Sequence record: NZ_CP014093.1
Length of the DNA stretch: 64,000 nt
Origin: a plasmid
Strand: one strand, 5' to 3'
Below the pieces are notes generated by a model, which saw only the letters and a program-made list of their open reading frames with translations, was not told where the DNA came from and made no database searches. The translations under genes were made by a program, and so were the position numbers. Shown in pieces: positions 29,169-38,919 of the stretch. The first letter of the stretch is position 1. The number at the start of each line of letters is the position of its first letter.

Positions 29169-29537
29169 TTATAAATCACTAGGAGCGACAGGACGCAAGT
29201 AGAGTTTATCTTTCTTAAAGTGCGTAGGTCGCCAGTCCCAACCAGCGATAGATACGCTATCTCGCGCGCCAGCAATATACGACACTGAGCGCAAAACATT
29301 GATACCCTTATCAAAGTTAATCGCCTTGTCGGCCTTTAGAACGAGTCTACCGTCTTTTTGGCTATGCAAACCAAAGGTGCAACCGGAGATTGTTACTAAC
29401 AAATCCAACGGTAGCACTGGTGCGTTCTTTTTCGGGAACTGTCGGCGCTTAAACTGTTGTTTTAATTGGTCAACTTGAGTTTCTAATTGCTGTTCAGCAC
29501 TTGGTGGGGGAGTAAATTTCATCACAGAGTTATCCAC
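29169..29537 (-). CDS. hypothetical protein
   Basis: ORF; a GTGTTCGGAAT motif lies 11 nt upstream of its start. Confidence 0.3.
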   Translation of the reverse strand: MDNSVMKFTPPPSAEQQLETQVDQLKQQFKRRQFPKKNAPVLPLDLLVTISGCTFGLHSQKDGRLVLKADKAINFDKGINVLRSVSYIAGARDSVSIAGWDWRPTHFKKDKLYLRPVAPSDL

Positions 29538-29762
29538 AAAATTTAGCGTGTTCGGAATGCTAACACGCCTAAAAGGAGTTTAAATAGATAAAATTTTTGG
29601 TAAACTCTAGCGCCAGATGGTAACGCCCTTGTTCGGAATTGCTTTGATATGGAGACTTGTTTGATCAACCATTTACGATCAATAATAGGGGAGTTTTTCT
29701 GTAATTAGATCATGGCGATGCCGTGATAGAGAGAAAGTGATTCGATTTCGGGCAACAGAAAA

Positions 29763-29796
29763 TAAAAAAGCCCGCTTTGGCGAGCGGGCTTTCTTA
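29763..29796. terminator. bidirectional rho-independent terminator
   Basis: AAAAAA-AGCCCGC-tttggcga-GCGGGCT-TTCTT. Confidence 0.6.
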
Positions 29797-30072
29797 CTAA
29801 AATCGAGCTTTAAGCGGCAAACTTAAAGCGTCACGACAAACGAACTTAAGGAAAGTCATTATGCCGTAATGAATTAGACCGAAGCCTAATCAACTGAGAC
29901 ATTTTAGTTTGGCGACTAATGCCTCAAATAGTTAGTAATTAATTTAACAACTTAGATTGTTTTAAGCACCAATCTTAGCGAGCGTTAAAATTACACAACA
30001 CAAGACAGGTGTAATTATAACGTTCAAAGAGATCGGTGGCAAATTTTTGCGCCTTTTTTTTGAGCAAATTTT

Positions 30073-30992
30073 ATGCAAATTACACCACTTTTGCTGAATC
30101 CTCGTTACTGGAAGTCAGGATTCAGAACACAAGCTTCCAATATCAAAGCCAATAAACCATTGGCACAACGTAAGCTTGCTTGCCTACTAGAAACTATCTC
30201 AAGCTTTATCCTTAAGCATGGTCACACTTGCTTTGCTTCAAGCGATACCTTAGCGCGCACCTACAACGAGAACTGTCACCGTTACGGTTGTAAGCCAATC
30301 ATAAAGCGCACTATTGATAATTACATCAAAATAGCTAAAGAACTTGGCCTGATCGCTTATGGACAGCCAAAGCGGAACGATCACACAGGTCAGAATCAAC
30401 GTCACATCACTCTATGCGTTGATGGCATCCAAAACATGTTCACTGGTGCATACAAATACGCGCTACAAGCGGCAGAGAAGTTTTGTAATAGACAAAAATT
30501 GCATTTAGGGGGGCTTCTGTGGAAAAACCTCTTGAGGCCAGTTCTGACAAGGCTTGCGAGCAATCAGACAAAAACAAAAATTGCAGCATAAATACAAAAG
30601 ATCTCTCTACAGAGAGTAAAAATAAAATTAATAACGGTATCCCATCAGATTCTTGGTTTTTGAAAATCTTCAAACGTGACGCAGATGAAGTAAAACAACT
30701 TCAATTAGCTGCTAAGCAAGGCCGCCTATCAGCTAGTGGAGCTCGTCGTGTTATCAAGCTGTACAACAAGCACCAACAGCCTTTAGCGCCTAAGTTCGTG
30801 TCATACCTTAAGTTTGTGATTGCTAGCTGGCACAACAAGGCTGCAAGCGCCGTGAAAGCTAGCGTGAACAAGGTTCGTGATACAGCTACCATACTAGCAG
30901 AGTACATGAACACCATTTCCGAGAAAGAGTCTCAAGGCTTGGTTGAATACTATCGTGACGCAGTAGGGCGAGTACAAATCAGGTATCTGTAA
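30073..30992 (+). CDS. hypothetical protein (two ORFs joined across a G6 tract at 30506-30511)
   Basis: ORFs 30073..30591 and 30519..30992 overlap exactly at GGGGGG. Confidence 0.35.
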
Positions 30993-31027
30993 TCACTGCT
31001 TGATGTGAGTATTTCTATACATGCGCG

Positions 31028-31060
31028 ACCTAAAATGTGTCATAATTACCTAAATCTTGT
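31028..31060. repeat. 1-2 iteron copies in the rep promoter
   Basis: 'ACCTAAAATGTGTCA' and 'ACCTAAATCTTGT'. Confidence 0.5.
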
Positions 31061-31081
31061 TATTTATGGATATGCATTTGC

Positions 31082-32158
31082 ATGAGTGATGAAGAATATT
31101 TCTACCCTGCGGTAAGCGATAACCTCCCGAAACATATCAAAAAAGGCCATCAACTGGTCTTTAGTCGTCAAGATCTATCCGCTAGGGAAGCTGATATGTT
31201 TGCGTTGATGATTGCACATATGAAACCAAGTGATTGGGAGAAGAAAACACCACACTATGAATTTACTTCACATCAATTATCAGAGTGGTTAGGTGTTGAG
31301 TCTAAACATATCGGTAGCAACTTAAGTCCAGTAGCGAACCGCCTAGCTAGTCGAAAAATCGGGATAAAGGTGGAAACCCCGAAAGGTGATATTGAATTCG
31401 ACTATAGACCTCTTTTTAAACATATCGCTTATAAACACGGCATACTTACGATGGTTCCTAACGATATGCTCAAACCTGAGTATATTGAATATAATCAAGG
31501 ATTTGCTCTGATTAATACTCGCAATTTCTTTGAGGTGAAAAAGGAGTATTCTAAGCGCTTGTACGAACTGCTTAGTCGCTTCAAAGACAAGGGCTTTGAA
31601 ATGCATGCGCAAAAGCTTAGTGAACTGAAAGGAATATTTGGGCTTTTGGACGAATCAGGGAAGCTGAAGAAAGATAAAAGTTCCTTCAAAAACAACAGCG
31701 TATTTATGAAACGTTGTATCAGGGAAAGTATTAAAGAACTTTCTGAACACCCTCAGATTAGCAAAGAGCTTTTATTTTTAGAAAGTAGCCAAGGTGATAA
31801 GGGGTTTGAGGTTGTAAAGAAAGGTAGAACCATTACTGGAATCAAGTTTCTCTTCCGGTGGGTTAAACTAGGTTCAATTGATGAGTTAAATCAACACGAT
31901 GCTCTTAAGACAATTAGACAACTTGAATTGAAAAGGCTTCAAAACCAAGTCAGACTCACCGAGTCTGAACTAGAATCACTTGCCATCGCGTACCGCTATG
32001 TGGGTAAAGAAGACCACGCTCTTAAAGTTGAAGATAGCTTGTCAAAACGATACTCAGAAAAAGAGCAACAAAAGCATGATGATGGAATACATGAACTAGA
32101 GTCGTTAATGGAAAAGATAGATACCCTTTCAGAACTAACCGATACTCACGATTACTGA
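31082..32158 (+). CDS. replication initiator (Rep) of an iteron-type replicon
   Basis: 358-aa ORF flanked on both sides by direct repeats with the ACCTAAAATATGT core. The role is assigned from context; no sequence family was recognised. Confidence 0.5.
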   Translation: MSDEEYFYPAVSDNLPKHIKKGHQLVFSRQDLSAREADMFALMIAHMKPSDWEKKTPHYEFTSHQLSEWLGVESKHIGSNLSPVANRLASRKIGIKVETPKGDIEFDYRPLFKHIAYKHGILTMVPNDMLKPEYIEYNQGFALINTRNFFEVKKEYSKRLYELLSRFKDKGFEMHAQKLSELKGIFGLLDESGKLKKDKSSFKNNSVFMKRCIRESIKELSEHPQISKELLFLESSQGDKGFEVVKKGRTITGIKFLFRWVKLGSIDELNQHDALKTIRQLELKRLQNQVRLTESELESLAIAYRYVGKEDHALKVEDSLSKRYSEKEQQKHDDGIHELESLMEKIDTLSELTDTHDY

Positions 32159-32167
32159 TAGCTAACA

Positions 32168-32470
32168 AGTTTTAGGTCATGGGCGCTATAGATGACATTT
32201 TTTAGGTTGAAATGAGCTATGTGACACATTTTAGGTATATAAGCGAGAATCCGGCGTGATCATTGACTCGAAAGTAAAAAAAACCGGGCAAGACTTCTAT
32301 GCAAGCATCTCACACACCTAAAATATGTCACTCAAGAACATAAACACCTAAAATATGTTATCCAACCACCTGATATATGATCACTTTCACCTAGATTATG
32401 TCGCATTAAAGCCTGTAAGAAGATCACAAACACCTAATAAATGATCAATTAAACCTAGATCTTGTTACTT
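32168..32470. repeat. iteron array, about 8 copies of the ACCTAAAATATGT core (3 in one orientation, 5 in the other)
   Basis: Copies at 32168, 32194, 32223, 32313, 32343, 32386, 32431 and 32451. Confidence 0.7.
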
Positions 32471-32587
32471 AAAGACCTAAAAAAAGATCTTTAAACGAAT
32501 CAAACTTCTTTAATATCAATGACCTATGAGAACTATAGATCTTATAGATCTATAGTTCTCATAGATTAATATAGTTAAATATAGATC
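32379..32587. promoter_or_regulatory. GATC (Dam-site) cluster, 8 sites in about 210 bp, including the 15-bp inverted repeat GAGAACTATAGATCT-tat-AGATCTATAGTTCTC
   Basis: GATC at 32379, 32422, 32443, 32458, 32486, 32538, 32547 and 32584. Confidence 0.7.
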
Positions 32588-32598
32588 TTTATAGCGTA

Positions 32599-32607
32599 TG
32601 TGGATAA
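32599..32607. promoter_or_regulatory. perfect DnaA box (TGTGGATAA = TTATCCACA)
   Basis: Exact consensus 9-mer next to the GATC cluster. Confidence 0.6.
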
Positions 32608-33122
32608 CTGGAAAATCAAAGATTTACACAGTTTCCCACATACACAACAAGTTTTTGTTGTTTAGATGAGTGAATGATCCTGGCTATAGACAACTGCGTG
32701 TTATAACTAATAGTGGTAGGTCAATTTTCAATCTAACTGATAGATGGACGATGAAAGGTAAATTTGGCAGGCAGAACCGAATTGCGATCGTATTTGTGTG
32801 AGTTCTTGACAAAAACACGAATTGACAGGAAATATTAATTACTGGATAGTTGTAAGTGTGCTCTAGAAGCAACAATGTACTTCTAGAGCGACAACGTTGT
32901 CTAGCCGAATAGTGCTTGCACTATGGCTGTGACTAACTTGATTAAAGCAATCAAGAGATCAACTAACTTGACCATATCTACCTCTCCAAAGGCTTATGGT
33001 TAAAGACAACGCACAAGGGTTTTTTAATGGCGGCCACCATTGATTGCCCGTATGCACGAAGTGAAGCTTTCTAGCTGCTTCGAGCTTGGTTGGTGATTAC
33101 ATAATTACCTCCAAATTAATTA

Positions 33123-33160
33123 AAGGTTGGGTTCTTCGAATCCAGCCTTTTTTTATATTC
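33123..33160 (+). terminator. rho-independent terminator inside the 1.7-kb noncoding origin region
   Basis: AGGTTGG-gttcttcgaat-CCAGCCT-TTTTTTAT. Confidence 0.45.
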
Positions 33161-33895
33161 ATCACACGATCAAGGTTATGAGGGAACGTTTTGTTCGAAG
33201 CCTTGTTGCGCCTAGTATTTCAGACTCTTAGCTAATTTTGCAAACACCCAAATGGTCTGACTTTCTGTTTAAGGTTTAGGGCATGAAGATTCATAAGTTC
33301 TTGAGCTCTTATTTTTATCAGATAAATCTAACTACTCAAGAAACAGTTTGATATATCAGCGAAAACTATGAGCCTATTCCAATCGTTTTATTAGTATTAC
33401 TCTTCAAGGAATTGGATAATCTTATCCCGTTCAAAATTAAAATGCTTCTCCGAACAACTTATTTTTATTAAATGTATAGGTTTTTTGCGCAATTTGATCT
33501 CAATTCACAAAAAGCCTAAGTGTTGACCACATTAAACTCGACTAATTGACGTTAATTTCAGACGAATGCTCCGGTGTTTCCTCTGAAATTGGCGTCTGTT
33601 TCACTATACCTTTTCCTAATTTTGTCTCCTAGAAAACTGAGAATTTAGGACTAGGTTTCTTACTGTGTCACTTTCTTTTTTTGTTAAAAATGCGACAGCT
33701 GTATAATATTTTTTTCTTTTTTATTGAAGTTTATACCAAGTTTATATCATTCAGAACGGCTAATGCTTAATTTCAAGTGTTGCAGTTTTTCGTATCCTTA
33801 ATAGTTTAGTGTTCGGATTAAATATTAAGGCGAAAAAAGCTTCGAGTTTCCCGAAGCTTTCCATTACTTTTATCCCGATAGCTAAACGTATCCGT

Positions 33896-34129
33896 TTATG
33901 CGTAGTGGGTTTTATCATCATCCACTTTGAAAAGAGAAGTATTTAACTTGATCAGTAGCTTATATACTAGGATTCTCCACTTTTTACACAAGTCATTTAG
34001 GTTGTTCTGACCGCTCTTAATTGCATTGGCCAAAGCGAAGTCTAAGACGCCGTTCGAGGTGTTGGTCATGTACTCCTTAACGTCTGCTCGGATTTGGTCG
34101 TGAACTTTTTTACTGTTGTTCTCTGACAT
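33896..34129 (-). CDS. hypothetical small protein
   Basis: 77-aa ORF. Confidence 0.3.
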   Translation of the reverse strand: MSENNSKKVHDQIRADVKEYMTNTSNGVLDFALANAIKSGQNNLNDLCKKWRILVYKLLIKLNTSLFKVDDDKTHYA

Positions 34130-34268
34130 TTTCTGATTCCTTATATGATTCCGTTTGCCTATTTACTGAGATAAAAATACATCGTTTCGGTTTTTGTATT
34201 AGAGCTTTTTGAATTGTTTTTTAATCGGGTTTATACTGCATTAAAAATATACTTGTTCGGAATTATTA

Positions 34269-34700
34269 ATGGGTGAGAGGATTTCTGAAATTAAGCGATC
34301 TCAACTGGAACACCGGCAAAGAGAGCGAGACGAAAGCTCACCATCAATCCTGGATACATTCGAGGGCATAGAGCCTACGGACGAACGCGAAGCTCTGGCG
34401 AACCGGTTACAAGATGCCGATGTGACATTGGACGACAAACCGGATCGCTGCCCGACTTGCAATGGCACAGGTTACACCAAGTCGTTATTTAGCAAGTGGG
34501 AGTGCTGTAGCTGTTTTGGGACTGGTTACGACCTTTCCGATCCGGTTGCCGTTATCAAGTGGCAAAAGCTCTGCCTCGATTGGTCAAAGAATCGGTTATA
34601 TGAATATCGCGTTGCATTGATTAAGGGGACTACAACCGAGGAAGAACGACTAGCAAGTGAAGTGGAGAGCTTCTATGAAAATGCGAGACGCAAAGACTAA
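34269..34700 (+). CDS. hypothetical protein with Cys4 zinc-ribbon
   Basis: 'CPTCNGTGYT...CCSCFGTGYD'. A GTGTTCGGAAT motif lies 5 nt upstream of the ATG. Confidence 0.35.
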   Translation: MGERISEIKRSQLEHRQRERDESSPSILDTFEGIEPTDEREALANRLQDADVTLDDKPDRCPTCNGTGYTKSLFSKWECCSCFGTGYDLSDPVAVIKWQKLCLDWSKNRLYEYRVALIKGTTTEEERLASEVESFYENARRKD

Positions 34701-34977
34701 ACAGGCCGCTCGAATCCAATCGCTTGAGTATCGACAGCAACGTGCAGCGCGAATCAAGCGAGCGAGACGGCATGCAGATTTAACCATACTCGAAATGAGC
34801 AGGTTAATCGGGTTATCACCAGACACTTATCGAAAAATCGAGAATGGCGAAGTGAACCCAAGGGTGCAAAACCTTGAACTGATAGCGGTCTACACAAGTA
34901 CAGACGTGGGTTATTTGTTCTTTGGTGATGCGATTTCTAACAGAGACGAAGCGGTAAAGAGAGATACCGGAGAATAA
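34657..34977 (+). CDS. XRE-family helix-turn-helix regulator
   Basis: 'LTILEMSRLIGLSPDTYRKIENGEVNP'. Confidence 0.5.
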   Translation: MKWRASMKMRDAKTKQAARIQSLEYRQQRAARIKRARRHADLTILEMSRLIGLSPDTYRKIENGEVNPRVQNLELIAVYTSTDVGYLFFGDAISNRDEAVKRDTGE

Positions 34978-34980
34978 CGA

Positions 34981-35469
34981 ATGGCTTCAAGAGGCATTAA
35001 CAAGGTCATTCTGGTTGGTAACTTGGGGTCAGATCCCGAAATCCGATACCTGCCAAATGCGGCGCAGTAGCGAATATCACGATCGCTACATCCGAAACTT
35101 GGCGCGATAAAGCGACAGGGAGAACCGAGAAAAAACCGAGTGGCATCGAGTGGTGTTGTTCGGCAAGTTGGCCGAAGTAGCGGGGAGTTCCTACGCAAAG
35201 GGTCACAAGTTTACATCGAGGGTCAATTGCAGACTCGCAAATGGAAAGACAAGCAAGGCCAAGACCGTTACAGCACAGAGGTAGTAGTTCAAGGCTTTAA
35301 TGGCGTGATGCAAATGCTTGGCAATAACCGAGCTGGTGGCCAGCAACAACAAGGCGGTTGGGATCAATCTCAACAGCAATACGGCGAGCCACCAATGGAT
35401 TTTGACGATGAAATACCGTTCCAGAACGAGTTTCGTCATTACAAGATGCTGAGTTACGTGGCGGCTTGA
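34981..35469 (+). pseudogene. ssb: single-stranded DNA-binding protein gene with three 1-nt frameshifts
   Basis: '[28 protein letters not shown]' then stop. Frame +1 gives '[20 protein letters not shown]', a further shift gives '[16 protein letters not shown]', and the original frame resumes at '[20 protein letters not shown]...[11 protein letters not shown]'. Confidence 0.8.
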
Positions 35470-35472
35470 ACG

Positions 35473-35772
35473 GTGAGTAAGCAAAATTTAGCGTTAGCAA
35501 CTCAAGACGACTTACTGATTGTATTGCGTCGAATGACCACTAAAGCGCTTATGGAAATGCGCGAGGCGACAGGCGAAACGGATTTTACGGACACACCAAG
35601 TGCTTTTTATTTCAGTAACCGTGCAATCGCGGCAGAAGTAAACGGGTGTTCGGGTCATGTGGCCGAACTAATCCAAGACAGCTACCTCGACTACGTTCAC
35701 AAAGGTAGCGAAATACTGGTTTGGCTGGATGACTTAGAAGAACGCCTAGAGCGCTTTGCTAACCAAGAATAA
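35473..35772 (+). CDS. hypothetical protein
   Basis: ORF. Confidence 0.3.
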   Translation: MSKQNLALATQDDLLIVLRRMTTKALMEMREATGETDFTDTPSAFYFSNRAIAAEVNGCSGHVAELIQDSYLDYVHKGSEILVWLDDLEERLERFANQE

Positions 35773-35897
35773 AACACTTTAACCCTATTCCCTTATCCCA
35801 ATTTTTGAGTAGTAGAGAAATTGCCCGATGAGCGATGTTTTTACTGTAGAGCTTCCTTGGTGCGCCAGCTATCCAAGATGACTCAACCTATTGGGAC

Positions 35898-36242
35898 GTG
35901 CTTGGAACCTTATGGAAAGCGCAAGGCTCGCACCAACATCAATATGTGTGGTCGTCCCTGTTTACGTGCCCGAGACGCAACAAGCACAAGGTTATGAAGT
36001 CGTCAGAGCGCAAGGCGTTCGCCAAGCTACCCAAGGTGATCACTGCCTACCGCGCTATCAATGACGAATCCGAAATCGAAACTGCACTTTGTTGGACGCT
36101 ATCTGAGGACATTGCTAAGCGTGTTTTCTCTCAAGGAGGCCGCCGCAAGGTGGTATCTAAGCAATTCACCAAGGACGAGGTGTTTGCCTACTTCAACCAC
36201 CGTAAGGAGCAAGAGATTTTAGTTGTACAAGGGCTTATCTAG
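35898..36242 (+). CDS. hypothetical protein
   Basis: ORF. Confidence 0.3.
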   Translation: MLGTLWKAQGSHQHQYVWSSLFTCPRRNKHKVMKSSERKAFAKLPKVITAYRAINDESEIETALCWTLSEDIAKRVFSQGGRRKVVSKQFTKDEVFAYFNHRKEQEILVVQGLI

Positions 36243-36244
36243 TT

Positions 36245-36964
36245 ATGGCCAGAGCACCACGATTCGATCACTCTTTTCTCGCAAACCAAGTTGCTAAGCG
36301 CAAGAAGTGGAAAAGCAAAGGCGTGAAAGCTGGCCACGGCGGCGATTTCAATATCGATGCAGCACTTAACGAGATTAACCGTTCTGTTAATCACATCATC
36401 AATCCGGTATCGATAAACGTCCCAAATACTGCGCTGGTGGACAAGTCAGAGCTACCAGCCTGGCTCATTCGTATTCTTGAGAAAGACATTGACGTTGCGC
36501 GCGCTGCGACACAGAAGAAAGTGGAACTGGATTCACCACACAAAACGCGCCTTGCACAAGGGATTAAGCGCCCGAAAGAGTTTAACGACACGAAGCTGGC
36601 AGAACACTGGTTACAGGTGCGTTTGTTCTACACGTTAGAGACGCAGTACAAGGACATTTACCCGCTGGTTTTCTCAATCCCTAATGGTGGCTACCGAACA
36701 CCTAAAGCGGCTTCGATGATGAGCTATGAGGGACAAAAGAAAGGTGTGCCAGATATATTTTTTCCTATCCCGAGAGGGGTGTATCACGGGTTCTTTTTGG
36801 AGGTGAAAACGGAAAAAGGTCGCCCAAGTAAGGAACAACAGGAAAAGATAAAAATTTTCCAAAATCTAGGGTATTACGTGGTTGTGGCCAAGGGTTTGAT
36901 GAGTGCATTTGTCAAATTAATAGCTATCTCCAATTGCCAACATTTGATAACAAAACTAGACTAG
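36245..36964 (+). CDS. VRR-NUC domain nuclease
   Basis: 'GVPDIFFPIPRGVYHGFFLEVKTEKGRPSKEQQEKIKIFQNLGYYVVVAKG' (PD-(D/E)xK, VRR-NUC signature). Confidence 0.55.
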   Translation: MARAPRFDHSFLANQVAKRKKWKSKGVKAGHGGDFNIDAALNEINRSVNHIINPVSINVPNTALVDKSELPAWLIRILEKDIDVARAATQKKVELDSPHKTRLAQGIKRPKEFNDTKLAEHWLQVRLFYTLETQYKDIYPLVFSIPNGGYRTPKAASMMSYEGQKKGVPDIFFPIPRGVYHGFFLEVKTEKGRPSKEQQEKIKIFQNLGYYVVVAKGLMSAFVKLIAISNCQHLITKLD

Positions 36965-36998
36965 CCGCATAAGTATATAAAAAGGGCTTAGTTATCTC

Positions 36999-37697
36999 AT
37001 GTTAGCGAGTGAATATCACAGCATTGGCCAAAAGCCAGTTGATTTAGACGTGTTAGAAGCAACAAAGGTAGTCCGTAACTTCCTATGCGATTACCTTTAC
37101 TATGACAAGTTGTTGCTAAGCTATGCTCCCGCAGGGGAATTTGGTAGCGCTCAAGCGTATCGCTGGCTTACTGGTGGTCATATTTGTGACTACGATGCTA
37201 CTGGCGACACAATTGCACCAAGAGAGAAGATCAACTATCGAGTCATTAGAATGCTATTCGATGCTGGTCTAATCAAAGTAAAAACCAACATCCGAACGCC
37301 ACATACTCGCTGCGTTATCTTTGAATGGGTTCGAGACATTAAGAAATATCGTCGTGAAATCCTCCGTACTAAAATCTTTGGCGAGAATGTTTACCTCACT
37401 AGCGCAATGATTGATGCTACAGCGGCGCAATATGGTCTGACCGTGACGTTTGTCGGTGCGAGAGGTGTCTTTGAGATATTGGATGGTAATGGCAACTCAA
37501 TCCCGAACGGCCAAGCCAAGAACACCTACATATTCATGAATAGTGTTGGTGAGCCAGTAGGCCGACTACGTGATATGTCCTATTGGGAATGGGAACAATA
37601 CTTATACGACACAGCGACACGCGCCAAGCTGCGCAAAACGCCTCTCAAAGTTCGTGATGGCATGCGCAGCCACTTTTCGGAGTTCAAACGAGCTTAA
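36999..37697 (+). CDS. hypothetical protein
   Basis: ORF. Confidence 0.35.
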   Translation: MLASEYHSIGQKPVDLDVLEATKVVRNFLCDYLYYDKLLLSYAPAGEFGSAQAYRWLTGGHICDYDATGDTIAPREKINYRVIRMLFDAGLIKVKTNIRTPHTRCVIFEWVRDIKKYRREILRTKIFGENVYLTSAMIDATAAQYGLTVTFVGARGVFEILDGNGNSIPNGQAKNTYIFMNSVGEPVGRLRDMSYWEWEQYLYDTATRAKLRKTPLKVRDGMRSHFSEFKRA

Positions 37698-37770
37698 CGC
37701 CAATCCTTGATCATCTTTCCACAAATGCCGCCTATATGGGCGGTATTTTTTTGTATTAAAAACAGAAATC

Positions 37771-37816
37771 GTGTTCGGAATATTTACGGCGTGTTCGGAA
37801 TGGTTATAATCGTCTC
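37771..37816 (+). promoter_or_regulatory. tandem GTGTTCGGAAT motifs followed by TATAAT, 9 nt before the ATG
   Basis: cGTGTTCGGAATatttacggcGTGTTCGGAATggtTATAATcgtctcATG. Confidence 0.5.
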
Positions 37817-38086
37817 ATGGCAGGACGTAAACCCAAGAAAAACGCCTTAACCCCTCAGCAGCGCTGGAATCGTCATCTTGCCAAGATGGCTAGGTTTGAC
37901 ATTAAACGTCAATACTATCGCGCCAGCGCGACACAACGAGAGCAAATTAGGCGACTCCAAATAGAACTTGGCTGTAGCAGTCGAGAAGAACTGGTTCTTT
38001 ATGCCATCAATCTTCTAGGCCAACAGCACGGAATTTATCTGAAAGATATTCAAGAGGACTTAGCGTGTCTAAACAAAAAGCCGTAG
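37817..38086 (+). CDS. hypothetical protein
   Basis: ORF. Confidence 0.35.
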   Translation: MAGRKPKKNALTPQQRWNRHLAKMARFDIKRQYYRASATQREQIRRLQIELGCSSREELVLYAINLLGQQHGIYLKDIQEDLACLNKKP

Positions 38087-38388
38087 GTAAGCACGAACTG
38101 ATCTCAGCAATGAAGAAAGAAACGGGCGCATTACGTGAAGAATGCGAGCTGGTTTTTGATGCCTTTATCGAAGAAATCTCAACTCAAACCATGATTGAGG
38201 GCAATGCTGTATTGCTTAGTGGTTTCGGTACGTTCGCACCTCGCCTTAAGAAAGCGCGAGCTGGCCGTAATCCAAAAACGGGAGCACCAGCGATTGTGGC
38301 TGCGCGAGACAAGCTGACTTTTAGTGCATCGGATGTATTCCGCGATGAGCTGGCAAGCAAGGTAAACGAGATCAAGGGGGCACATTAA
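38065..38388 (+). CDS. HU/IHF-family DNA-binding protein
   Basis: 'GFGTFAPRLKKARAGRNPKTGAPAIVAARDKLTF'. Confidence 0.65.
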   Translation: MSKQKAVGKHELISAMKKETGALREECELVFDAFIEEISTQTMIEGNAVLLSGFGTFAPRLKKARAGRNPKTGAPAIVAARDKLTFSASDVFRDELASKVNEIKGAH

Positions 38389-38684
38389 TGAGCACACGCT
38401 TAAACCGAACTGACATTGAAAGAAACATTTCTAAACGCCTTGGCTTAAAGCTTACTGGTGATGATGCAGAGCTGGTGGGCGATTGTCTGGATGCAATGAT
38501 CAATCACATTCTGGTTGAGATTGCGAAAGGTCGTGAGGTGCAAATTCGAGGCTTTGGCCGTTTCCGTCACATAGAGCGTGAACGCACAACCATTAATCCG
38601 GCGACGAAAGAGCTCTTAGGTGTCAAAACCGAGCACAGCGTATTGTTCTCTGCTTACAAGGGCATGGTACGCGTCCATGAATGA
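38388..38684 (+). CDS. HU/IHF-family DNA-binding protein (second subunit)
   Basis: 'IRGFGRFRHIERERTTINPATKELLGVKTEHSVLF'. Confidence 0.6.
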   Translation: MSTRLNRTDIERNISKRLGLKLTGDDAELVGDCLDAMINHILVEIAKGREVQIRGFGRFRHIERERTTINPATKELLGVKTEHSVLFSAYKGMVRVHE

Positions 38685-38919
38685 TAGCAAGGCAATTGGG
38701 CTACGTGTCTTTATCGGCTCCGTTCGGCTACTGGCTATAACTATTGTGTTAGCGCTGGTGGCTGTTGTCGGTATTGGCACATACAGCTTTTATGGATTGG
38801 TGGTCTATCCAAAGATAGAGCGAGTGAAGATTGATTTGGACGCAGAGCGCATCGAGCGCATTACGGTAGCGGCCAAGAGTGGGGAGAAGTCAGAGAATGG
38901 CGCACCTAGTCAAAAGTAA
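38677..38919 (+). CDS. small hydrophobic hypothetical protein
   Basis: Internal Met of ORF 38620..38919, followed by a transmembrane-like segment. Confidence 0.25.
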   Translation: MNDSKAIGLRVFIGSVRLLAITIVLALVAVVGIGTYSFYGLVVYPKIERVKIDLDAERIERITVAAKSGEKSENGAPSQK

